Position numbers and translations under genes: made by a program. From assembly GCA_003152105.1 (NCBI GenBank), contig PLZJ01000002.1, forward strand, positions 533,682 through 597,681: DNA of 64,000 nucleotides, given 5' to 3'. Under the pieces are notes generated by a model that had not been told where the DNA came from, searched no databases, and worked only from the letters and a program-made list of their open reading frames with translations. Positions 37,174-46,191 of the stretch are shown in pieces; positions within the stretch are counted from its first letter, which is position 1; the number at the start of each line of letters is the position of its first letter. Source of the DNA: Candidatus Levyibacteriota bacterium. GTDB taxonomy: Bacteria > Patescibacteriota > Microgenomatia > Levybacterales > UBA12049.

Positions 37174-39422
37174 AGAACTTTCTTTTTGCATTTATTTTTG
37201 TCATTATAAGCGCTACATCGTTTCGAGCATTTTTTCTTCACGGATATATGCCAATTCCTACTGATGCACTGATGGGTTTGTATCATCCTTTTCGAGATCT
37301 TTTTGCTTATACTAATCCAAATGGTATTGCTTTTAAAAATTTTCTCATTACCGATCCTTTTCGACAAGAATATCCCTGGAGATATCTTGCAATAACAGTT
37401 GAAAAATCATTCCAATTTCCGCTTTGGAATCCATATTCTTTTTCAGGTATGCCTCTTATGGCAAATTTGCAAACTGCTGCATTTTATCCTTTAAATATAT
37501 TTTTTTATATATTCCCATTTCCATTTTCTTGGAGTTTTCTTATTTTCACAGAGCCACTGCTTGCTGGAATATTTATTTTCTGGTATTTAAAAAATTTAAA
37601 ACTTTCAGTATATGCATGTTTACTGGGGGGAATTTCATTTTCCTTTTGCGGTTTTTCAGTAGCATGGCTTGAATGGGGCACTGTTTTACATACTGCATTA
37701 TGGTTTCCACTCATCTTACTTTCAATTGATAGGATAACTTCGCAAAAGAAAACTTCAATAAAATGGAACATAGTTTTGTTTTTGGCGTTAATTAGTTCGT
37801 TTTTTGCAGGCCATTTACAAATCTTTTTCTACATACTTTTAGCATCATTGGCATACTTTATATATAGAAGTATGCGGTACAAATTAAGTCAGAAACAATA
37901 TGTATATTTACTAGTATTTTCTTTACTTTCAATTCTTATTACTTCAATACAATGGATACCTTTGTTTCAACTGATTATGTATTCAGCCAGGCAGAGTGAT
38001 CAGTTAAATTGGCAACAGCCAGGATGGTTTATTCCTTGGCAACATCTTGTTCAGTTTGTCGTGCCTGATTTTTTTGGCAATCCCACTACACTCAATTATT
38101 TTGGGGTATGGAATTACGGAGAATTAATTGGTTATATCGGTGTTCTACCTCTACTCTTAGTAGGTTATGCAGTGTATGCAAGAAAAGAAAAGACTGTACC
38201 ATTTATGTTTCTTTTGTTATTTATCAGTTTATTATTTTCTTTACCAAACTTTGTGAGTATCTTGCCCTTTGTATTTCACGTTCCCTTTTTATCTACATCT
38301 CAACCAACAAGGCTTATGATACTTATCGATTTTTCCCTATGTGTACTTTCAGCATTTGGTTTGCAAGAACTAGTTACTAGTCAAAAAAAGCATTACGCAC
38401 CTCTATATTTTTTTGGAGTAGTATTTATATTAGTATGGGCTATGATTTTGTTTGGTTTAGGAAAACTAAACGTTTCATCTTCTGACATTCTGGTTGCAAA
38501 ACATAATACTTATTTTCCAACGTTACTTTTGTTTGCATCAATACTGCTTATCTATTTGTTTATTTCAAAGAATTTTAATAAAAGTGATAATTACAAAAGA
38601 GCACTAATTATTGCAATGTTAGCACTGACCCTGTTTGACTTACTTCGTTTTTCAGATAAATTTAATCCTTTTACCCCAAATAGATATTTATTTCCACAAA
38701 CATCTGCAATTTCATATTTACAAAATCAACCCGGACAATTTAGAATTATGGAAAATGATGCAAGAATTTTTCCTCCAAATATATCAATCATGTATAAACT
38801 ACAAAGTGTAGATGGTTATGATCCGTTATATTTATTGCAATACGGAGAACTTATTATTGCGTCTGAACGAGGAAAACCAAATATTGCGCCACCATTTGGA
38901 TTTAATAGGATAATTACGCCAACAAATTATTCTTCTAAAATAATGGATTTACTTGGAGTTAAATATGTGATGAGTTTATCAGATATATCTTCTCCAAAAT
39001 TAACTAAGGTTTTTCAAGAAGGACAAACGAGAATATACCAAAACAAGCTAGCATTTCCTCGCATGTTTTTTGTTAACTCAATAATAATGTCTACTAATAA
39101 GCAAGATGAAATAAACTTAGTATTTAATACAAACTTGCACGTACAAGCAATAGTTGAAACAAGTAACAATTCTTTGGACTCATCGTTTACAGTAGACAAT
39201 TCTTCAACGATAAGTTCTATCATATATAGTGAAAACGAAGTTTCAGCAGTTGTTAATAATAATCATGATGGATTTTTAGTATTTACCGATAGTTATTATC
39301 CTTCATGGCATGTTCGTATTGATGGACAAGAAGTACCTATATATAAAACTGATTATGCACTTCGAGGTATATTTATACCAAAAGGGATGCATAATATAGT
39401 TTTTTACGATACACTATTTTAA
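37170..39422 (+). CDS. YfhO-family polytopic membrane glycosyltransferase-like protein (750 aa, family C)
   Basis: N-terminal loop FPLWNPYSFSGMPL, about 14 TM helices, large C-terminal domain ending SYYPSWHVRIDGQEV. Length and architecture match the YfhO family. Confidence 0.6.
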   Translation: MKNFLFAFIFVIISATSFRAFFLHGYMPIPTDALMGLYHPFRDLFAYTNPNGIAFKNFLITDPFRQEYPWRYLAITVEKSFQFPLWNPYSFSGMPLMANLQTAAFYPLNIFFYIFPFPFSWSFLIFTEPLLAGIFIFWYLKNLKLSVYACLLGGISFSFCGFSVAWLEWGTVLHTALWFPLILLSIDRITSQKKTSIKWNIVLFLALISSFFAGHLQIFFYILLASLAYFIYRSMRYKLSQKQYVYLLVFSLLSILITSIQWIPLFQLIMYSARQSDQLNWQQPGWFIPWQHLVQFVVPDFFGNPTTLNYFGVWNYGELIGYIGVLPLLLVGYAVYARKEKTVPFMFLLLFISLLFSLPNFVSILPFVFHVPFLSTSQPTRLMILIDFSLCVLSAFGLQELVTSQKKHYAPLYFFGVVFILVWAMILFGLGKLNVSSSDILVAKHNTYFPTLLLFASILLIYLFISKNFNKSDNYKRALIIAMLALTLFDLLRFSDKFNPFTPNRYLFPQTSAISYLQNQPGQFRIMENDARIFPPNISIMYKLQSVDGYDPLYLLQYGELIIASERGKPNIAPPFGFNRIITPTNYSSKIMDLLGVKYVMSLSDISSPKLTKVFQEGQTRIYQNKLAFPRMFFVNSIIMSTNKQDEINLVFNTNLHVQAIVETSNNSLDSSFTVDNSSTISSIIYSENEVSAVVNNNHDGFLVFTDSYYPSWHVRIDGQEVPIYKTDYALRGIFIPKGMHNIVFYDTLF

Positions 39423-39423
39423 T

Positions 39424-40377
39424 ATGAAAATTAGTATCATTATTCCAAACTATAATGGAGGTCATTTGCTTGCGGTAAATTTACCAAAATTAGTAAGTGC
39501 GGTAAATGCGTATAAAGATGCGGACTTTGAAATAATTATTTCAGATGATGTTTCAACAGATAACTCCGAAGATGTAATCACACGTTTTAAAAAAAATAAC
39601 GAAGAAAACGATATAGCTATTAAAACTAATTTTAATAGAAACATAAAAGATTCGGGATTTTCTAAAAATGTAAATCGAGGAGTTGCAATTTCAACCGGCG
39701 ACATAATACTACTATTAAATTCTGATGTTATTCCAGAAAAAGATTTTCTGCTTTCACTTATTCCACATTTTCAAAAAGTAAAAGTTTTTGCTGTTGCATG
39801 TATGGAAGAAAGTATTGAAGATAAAGAAAAAGATCTAAGAGGAAGAGGTATTGGAAAATGGGAAAAAGGATTTCTTGTGCATAGTGGTGGTGATGTTAAT
39901 GGAGACAAAACGCTTTGGGCAAGTGGAGGAAGTAGTGCGTTTAGAAAAAGTATTTGGCAAGAACTTGGAGGTTTAGATATTCTTTATAATCCGTTTTATT
40001 GGGAAGATATAGATCTTTCATATAGAGCTTGGAAGAGCGGATATGAAGTAGATTTTGAAAAAGATAGCATAGTCAAACATGAGCACGATAAAGGTGCTAT
40101 TCGAAATTCATATAGTAAACAAGAAATTACTTCAATTGCATATCGCAATCAATTTATATTTGTCTGGAAAAATATTACTGATAAGAAATTGCTATTTTCT
40201 CATATCTATTGGCTGCCATATCATTTTGCAATGGCAATAAAATCTAAGAACACCGCACTTTTAAGCGGATTTTTTAATGCTTTTGTTTTACTTCCAAAAA
40301 TTATACAATCTCGACTAAAGACAAAACAAAAGTTTATTCTTAGTGACAAAAAGTTATTAGATCAGTTCCACGTATGA
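39424..40377 (+). CDS. GT2 family glycosyltransferase
   Basis: ISIIIPNYNGG, IISDDVSTDNS, LLNSDV. Confidence 0.8.
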   Translation: MKISIIIPNYNGGHLLAVNLPKLVSAVNAYKDADFEIIISDDVSTDNSEDVITRFKKNNEENDIAIKTNFNRNIKDSGFSKNVNRGVAISTGDIILLLNSDVIPEKDFLLSLIPHFQKVKVFAVACMEESIEDKEKDLRGRGIGKWEKGFLVHSGGDVNGDKTLWASGGSSAFRKSIWQELGGLDILYNPFYWEDIDLSYRAWKSGYEVDFEKDSIVKHEHDKGAIRNSYSKQEITSIAYRNQFIFVWKNITDKKLLFSHIYWLPYHFAMAIKSKNTALLSGFFNAFVLLPKIIQSRLKTKQKFILSDKKLLDQFHV

Positions 40378-41090
40378 AATTATCAATAATAATTCCTGTA
40401 TTTAATGAATCAAAAACAATAAAAGAAGTTGTTAATGATGTTGTTAAGCTTACCATTCCACATGTTGACAAGGAAATAATTATTATTGATGATTGTTCGA
40501 TTGATAATACCGTTTTGGAAGTGAATAAATTGGTAAGTAAAAATAAATCAATACATTTTTATAAGCATGACAGTAATCAGGGGAAAGGAGCCGCAGTTAG
40601 AACAGGTATTTCTCACGCAACTGGGGATTACATTATTATTCAGGATGCGGATTTAGAATATAACCCAGAACAAATTAAAAAATTAGTTGAACCAATTTAT
40701 AACAAAGATGCGATAGTCGTTTTTGGCACAAGATTAAATCGTTTACCAAATCTTACAAAAGATGAAAACCGTCCATTATTTTTGTTCCATTACTTTGGTA
40801 ATCGATTTTTATCACTTATTACGAGCTTACTTTATGGACAGTGGATAACTGATATGGAAACTTGTTACAAACTTTTTCCAAGATCAGCACTTTCAAATAC
40901 GAGACTCAATGCAAAGGGATTTGCATTTGAACCGGAAATTACAGCAAAATTACTTAAGAATGGATATAAAATAATGGAAATTCCTATAACTACGACTCCA
41001 AGAGGATACGATGAAGGAAAAAAATTAAATGCTGCAAAAGAAGGCCCTTTGGCTCTTTGGACGTTACTAAAATACAGATTCGTTAACTAA
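40374..41090 (+). CDS. GT2 polyprenyl-phosphate sugar synthase (DPM1/GtrB-like)
   Basis: LSIIIPVFNE, IIIDDCSIDNT, IQDADLEY, ETCYKLF. Confidence 0.85.
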   Translation: MKLSIIIPVFNESKTIKEVVNDVVKLTIPHVDKEIIIIDDCSIDNTVLEVNKLVSKNKSIHFYKHDSNQGKGAAVRTGISHATGDYIIIQDADLEYNPEQIKKLVEPIYNKDAIVVFGTRLNRLPNLTKDENRPLFLFHYFGNRFLSLITSLLYGQWITDMETCYKLFPRSALSNTRLNAKGFAFEPEITAKLLKNGYKIMEIPITTTPRGYDEGKKLNAAKEGPLALWTLLKYRFVN

Positions 41091-41091
41091 T

Positions 41092-42789
41092 ATGAAAAAT
41101 AAGATTGTTCTTATTTTATTATTTTTGATTGTTTCTTTTGCCGCATTTCTCAGATTTTATTCTATATCTAATGTGCCTGTATCACTATATTGGGATGAAG
41201 CTGCAATTGGATATAATGCATACTCAATTTCGCAGACTGGAAAAGATGAATATGGCACTTTTATGCCTATTTTGTTTAGATCCTTTGACGATTATAAAAC
41301 ATCGGGTAATATATATTTAACATCTCTTTCTGTGTTGTTGTTTGGTTTAAGTGAATTTGCTGTACGATTTCCTTCTGCACTATTTGGAACTCTGACAGTT
41401 CTTATTTTTTACTTCCTTATTGTTGAGTTATTTTCTTATGCGCCACAAGTAATTACAATAGGAAAAAGAGAAATCCCAATTAATAGTCGAGTTTTATCGT
41501 TAATTTCCACCTTTATGTTAGCCATTTCCCCATGGCATATACAATTTTCTCGCAGTGGATTTGAAGCAAACATAGCGTTATTTTTTCAAGTACTTGGCAT
41601 ATATGCATTATTACTTAGTTTACGAAAGGATAGGTTTAATTTTTTTATTTCTATACCTCTTATTGCATTTTCTTTTTATATTTACAGAAGTATATGGCTT
41701 ACGATGCCACTTTTTCTACTTTCCTTTATTAGTATTTTTAAATATGACCTACTTAGAAAAATTTACCTTAATAAAATAATAATTGGGTTAGTATTATTTA
41801 TGGTACTTCTTATCCCACTTTTTTATACCGTATTTTCTGGAGGAGGCTTAACTAGAGGAAATCAAGTAAGTATTTTTTCAAACGTAACCAATTTTGACTC
41901 ATATGCACATAGCATATCGCAATCATCTTCAAATGTAGTATCTAAAAAACTATTTTCAAATACCTACTCTATTAAGATTATGGAATTTGCACTAAATTAT
42001 TATTCCAATTTTTCTCCCGATTTTCTCTTTTTTAATGGTGATGGTAATCCTAGACAAGGACCAAGAGATATGGGGTTATTATATGTTTGGGAAATTCCGT
42101 TTTTCTTACTTGGTATTTTAGGAACATTTTTTCTCCCAAGAAAAATTAAATATTTTATTATTACATGGATTTTAATTGCACCAATTCCGGCTGCACTTTC
42201 TATACCAAATCCACATGCTCTGCGTAGTTTGTTTGCTATTCCAATGCTTACTTTTTTTACCGGCTTTGGAATTTATATTGTATCCCGGTGGATAAAAAAA
42301 AGAAGCTTTCAAGCTTCATTTGCTGTTTTATTGACAGAGTTTATTATCTATTTTTTTGTGCGGTATCTTTCTTTGTATTATGTTATAGGACCGCAAACTA
42401 CAAGTAGCGCTTGGGCAGACGGATATAAGCAGTTAGTTTCCTATACAACGACACATAAAGCTAACTATAATAAAATAATAATATCAGGACATTATTGGCA
42501 ACCATATATTTATTTTCTTTTTTATACAAAATATAATCCAGTACTATACCAAAAATACGGAACCAAAAGAGGGTTTGATAAATATTTATTTGGTGGAACG
42601 AGTTGGGATCAAAATGAATATAGTCAAGAACTTGGAAATATAAATCTTAGAAAATTTGCTCATGCAGATAAAGTACTAGTCGCATTGTCTCCGCAAGAAT
42701 ATGCTACACAAGCAAATAACATACAAAAGTTAACTGAAATTAGAGATCATGATAATAATCTAGTGTTTATTGTTGGAAACTTAAAATAA
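41092..42789 (+). CDS. ArnT/PMT-like GT-C glycosyltransferase (family B, tandem copy 1)
   Basis: LYWDEAAIGYNAYS…DEYG…FAVRFPSALFG…AISPWHIQFSR. Confidence 0.6.
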   Translation: MKNKIVLILLFLIVSFAAFLRFYSISNVPVSLYWDEAAIGYNAYSISQTGKDEYGTFMPILFRSFDDYKTSGNIYLTSLSVLLFGLSEFAVRFPSALFGTLTVLIFYFLIVELFSYAPQVITIGKREIPINSRVLSLISTFMLAISPWHIQFSRSGFEANIALFFQVLGIYALLLSLRKDRFNFFISIPLIAFSFYIYRSIWLTMPLFLLSFISIFKYDLLRKIYLNKIIIGLVLFMVLLIPLFYTVFSGGGLTRGNQVSIFSNVTNFDSYAHSISQSSSNVVSKKLFSNTYSIKIMEFALNYYSNFSPDFLFFNGDGNPRQGPRDMGLLYVWEIPFFLLGILGTFFLPRKIKYFIITWILIAPIPAALSIPNPHALRSLFAIPMLTFFTGFGIYIVSRWIKKRSFQASFAVLLTEFIIYFFVRYLSLYYVIGPQTTSSAWADGYKQLVSYTTTHKANYNKIIISGHYWQPYIYFLFYTKYNPVLYQKYGTKRGFDKYLFGGTSWDQNEYSQELGNINLRKFAHADKVLVALSPQEYATQANNIQKLTEIRDHDNNLVFIVGNLK

Positions 42790-42846
42790 TTTTTGCGCTT
42801 TAAGACTAGATTACTTGAGTTTTTTATTATAAAGTATAGAGGTTAT

Positions 42847-44508
42847 ATGAATTCTTTTAGTAAAATAATATCAAAGTGGTATGTAATGCTTTTTGCAATC
42901 GTACTTATCGCTGCCTTTCTTAGGTTTTATCAATTAGGTATAAATCCTCCAGCTCTTACATGGGATGAGGCTGCTTGGGGATATAACGCATACGCACTCG
43001 GAGCTGATGCGAGAGACGAATTTGGAAGGTTTATGCCGCATGATTATCTTGAGTCTTTTGGTGATTTTAAACCTCCAATGTATGCATACCTTACAATTGT
43101 TCCTGTTAAGCTAATTGGCTTAAATGAATTTGCAACTCGTTTTCCGTCTGCGTTTTTTGGACTTCTGACTGTTATTATGAGTTATTTTCTCGTCAAGCAA
43201 ATTTTTTATAAATCTGCACATAAGAATAAATATGCACTGCTTACTGCGTTCTTACTTGCGATATCCCCGTGGCATATAATGCTTTCAAGAGCTGCATTTG
43301 AAGCTAATGTCGCCACTTTTTTTACTGTATGCGGAGTGTGGCTGTATCTAAAGGCAATGCATGAAAATATGTGGTACTTGTCTGTCTCTGCAATTTTTTT
43401 TGTCGCATCAGTATATACATTCAATACCCCTCGTTTAGCTGCCCCAATACTTATCGTACTTCTTTCGCTACTTTTTATTAAAAAGCTACTTAAAAATAAA
43501 AAGCAGGCAATAGTTGCCTGTATTATAGGAATAGCGCTTTTACTCCCAACATTTTCTTTTTTGCTTTCTCCTCAAGCAGCTCTTAGATATGATGAAGTTA
43601 ATATCTTCTCAGATCTAAATGTTATAAAAGTTATCAATCAAGAAGTTGCAAATGATCATAATTCAAAATTGTCAAAAATAATTCATAACAGAAGAATTGT
43701 TTTTAGTGTAGATTTTCTCCAACATTATTTTGATGAATTTAATTTTAACTTTTTGTTTATAAATGGTGATCCAAATCCTAAATTTTCAAGTCAGGATGTT
43801 GGCGAGATGTATTTTGCTTATATACCGTTTTTTCTTCTTGGTATACTGCTACTTATTCGAAGAAAGGAAAGTAATTGGTGGCTTGTATTTCTTTGGCTGC
43901 TTGTTGGTCTTATTCCAGCATCAACTTCTCAACAAACGCCACATGCGTTACGAATAGAATTTGTAATTCCTATGTTTGAGATTATTGTTGCATACGGAAT
44001 TATCCAATGTTATCTCTATTTATCTGGTATTTCAAAAAAAAATAAACTTCCACTTTTTTTTACTTCATGTATATTTTTATTTGTGTTAGCGTTAAATGTC
44101 ACTAAATTTATTCACGGATATTATACTTTTTATCCAAAAGATTTTTCGCAGGAATGGCAATATGGTTATAAGCAATCAATTGCATATGTTGCAAGCGTCC
44201 AAGGAAATTATGACCAAATAAATATAACAGATTCATTAGGAAGGCCCTATATTTATTACTTATTCTATCTTAAAACTCCTCCATCTGAATTTAGGAAAAC
44301 TGCATATATTTCTAGAGATACATTTGGATTTGTCCATGTTCTAAGTTTTGATAAATATTATTTTGGTAGTAATCTATCTAGTATTGCAAGCAAAAATCAA
44401 TCTAATCTATATATTGATATTCCAATGAATGTACCTAAAAATGCGCATGTTTTAAAAACATTTTATAATCTAGACAAAACACCTGCACTTGTTGCGTATA
44501 TAATATGA
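42847..44508 (+). CDS. ArnT/PMT-like GT-C glycosyltransferase (family B, tandem copy 2)
   Basis: LTWDEAAWGYNAYA…DEFG…FATRFPSAFFG…AISPWHIMLSR. AGAGG SD 6 nt before ATG 42847. The track start 42793 is a TTG. Confidence 0.6.
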   Translation: MNSFSKIISKWYVMLFAIVLIAAFLRFYQLGINPPALTWDEAAWGYNAYALGADARDEFGRFMPHDYLESFGDFKPPMYAYLTIVPVKLIGLNEFATRFPSAFFGLLTVIMSYFLVKQIFYKSAHKNKYALLTAFLLAISPWHIMLSRAAFEANVATFFTVCGVWLYLKAMHENMWYLSVSAIFFVASVYTFNTPRLAAPILIVLLSLLFIKKLLKNKKQAIVACIIGIALLLPTFSFLLSPQAALRYDEVNIFSDLNVIKVINQEVANDHNSKLSKIIHNRRIVFSVDFLQHYFDEFNFNFLFINGDPNPKFSSQDVGEMYFAYIPFFLLGILLLIRRKESNWWLVFLWLLVGLIPASTSQQTPHALRIEFVIPMFEIIVAYGIIQCYLYLSGISKKNKLPLFFTSCIFLFVLALNVTKFIHGYYTFYPKDFSQEWQYGYKQSIAYVASVQGNYDQINITDSLGRPYIYYLFYLKTPPSEFRKTAYISRDTFGFVHVLSFDKYYFGSNLSSIASKNQSNLYIDIPMNVPKNAHVLKTFYNLDKTPALVAYII

Positions 44509-46145
44509 AGATTAAACACACATTATTATTTTTATTGTTAATTTTGCTTTTAGCTGCGGGTTTGCGTTTATATAATTTATCAGGAGTACCTTCGTCGGTT
44601 GATTGGGATGAAGCAGCACACGGTTATAATGCGTATTCAATAATGTTAACGGGTCGAGATGAATATAGTGCTCCATTTCCTGTTGTACTAAAATCTTTCG
44701 GAGACTACAAACCAGCTTTATATACATACTTAACTATGCCAGCAATTGCCTTTTTTGATTTAAATGCGTTTTCAGTTAGACTACCATCTGCATTAATTGG
44801 AATACTTGCAGTATTTTTAACTTTCCTTTTTGTTATGGAACTATTCAAGAATGAAAAACTCGCTTTACTTTCTTCCTTATTTCTTGCAATATCCCCGTGG
44901 CACATACAGTTTACACACGTCGCATTTGAGGCTAGTGTTGGTATGGCATTTGTACTTGCAATGGCTTTGTTTTTTCTCAAGGGACTTCGTAGTCCCATAC
45001 TTCTTAGTGTTTCTGCGTTTTTTGCTGGCATAACAATTTATGCATATCAAAGTGAAAAAGTGTTTGTTCCTTTACTTCTTTTATTACTCATTGTTATTTA
45101 TAGGAAAGAACTATTTAAAGTTGCAAAAAGATATTTACTGCTAGCATGTATCGTTGGAATAATTGTTGCAACTCCTATGGCTATATATTTGTTTGCAAAT
45201 AGTTCTTCTCTTGCAAGATTACAACAGGTAAGTGCATTTTCTAGTTCAAATCCAATTAGACAAGAAAACTTAGAAAAGAGTTCTAAAAGATTACTTGTGG
45301 ATCAACAAAATAGCGATTTTGTAGGAAAACTGGTTGATAATAGACGCTATGATTATCTCTCTACTGTAGTTGGTAATTACTTTTCTCATCTGAGTCTTAA
45401 TTGGCTTTTTATTGAAGGAGATAGTGTGCTACGCCATCAGCCACCAAACATGGGGCATCTATACTTATGGGATTTACCATTTCTGTTTATTGGTTTCTAC
45501 ATCCTTATTTTTGGTAAGTATGAACGTAAAACAAAATATTTACTAATTGGTTGGTTACTTTTGACCCCAATACCTGCCTCTATTACTACCGAAGTACCAC
45601 ATGCAGTTCGAACAATTCATTTTCTACCAATTCTGCAAATACTGATTGCAATTGGATTTAGTTATTTCTTAGTTATTATACATAAGACAAAAGGACTTCA
45701 TAAAAACGTTCCTTATGTACTGCTTGGAATATCACTTTTTGTTCTCCTTTTTAACTTTATATACTTTTTAGATCAGTATTTCGTACAACAAAATTACTAT
45801 CATTCAGAGGATTGGCAATATGGCAGCCAAGAGGCTGTTTCTTATGTAAATCAAAATTCGAATAAATATAAAAACATTATAGTTGATTCAAAAGTAACCT
45901 ATATTTTTTTCCTCTTTTATGGGAAATATTCACCAGCTTTTTATCAATCAATTCCTAATAATGATAACCATGATTTTAGTAACGTCAAGTTTGTGAATTC
46001 ACTTGAATGGAATGGTCAAGAAGTAAAAGATCATGATTTATATGTTGGATTAAGTGGCGATGTATTTCCACTTAATACACATGTGATAAAAACTATTAAT
46101 TATCTTGATGGATCTCCAGCAATTTATTTTTACGAACCGAAATAA
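44505..46145 (+). CDS. ArnT/PMT-like GT-C glycosyltransferase (family B, tandem copy 3)
   Basis: VDWDEAAHGYNAYS…DEYS…FSVRLPSALIG…AISPWHIQFTH. ATGA overlap with copy 2. Confidence 0.6.
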   Translation: MKIKHTLLFLLLILLLAAGLRLYNLSGVPSSVDWDEAAHGYNAYSIMLTGRDEYSAPFPVVLKSFGDYKPALYTYLTMPAIAFFDLNAFSVRLPSALIGILAVFLTFLFVMELFKNEKLALLSSLFLAISPWHIQFTHVAFEASVGMAFVLAMALFFLKGLRSPILLSVSAFFAGITIYAYQSEKVFVPLLLLLLIVIYRKELFKVAKRYLLLACIVGIIVATPMAIYLFANSSSLARLQQVSAFSSSNPIRQENLEKSSKRLLVDQQNSDFVGKLVDNRRYDYLSTVVGNYFSHLSLNWLFIEGDSVLRHQPPNMGHLYLWDLPFLFIGFYILIFGKYERKTKYLLIGWLLLTPIPASITTEVPHAVRTIHFLPILQILIAIGFSYFLVIIHKTKGLHKNVPYVLLGISLFVLLFNFIYFLDQYFVQQNYYHSEDWQYGSQEAVSYVNQNSNKYKNIIVDSKVTYIFFLFYGKYSPAFYQSIPNNDNHDFSNVKFVNSLEWNGQEVKDHDLYVGLSGDVFPLNTHVIKTINYLDGSPAIYFYEPK

Positions 46146-46146
46146 T

Positions 46147-46164
46147 TGCCTTCTTGAGAAGGCA
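46147..46164 (+). terminator. Possible hairpin (tGCCTTC-ttga-GAAGGCa) immediately after the stop of 44505..46145
   Basis: 7-bp stem seen in sequence. The downstream tract is AT-rich but not a clean U-run. TATACT at 46176-46181 and ATG 46192 follow. Confidence 0.25.
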
Positions 46165-46191
46165 TGAAGAATTTATTATACTGTTTATTAT

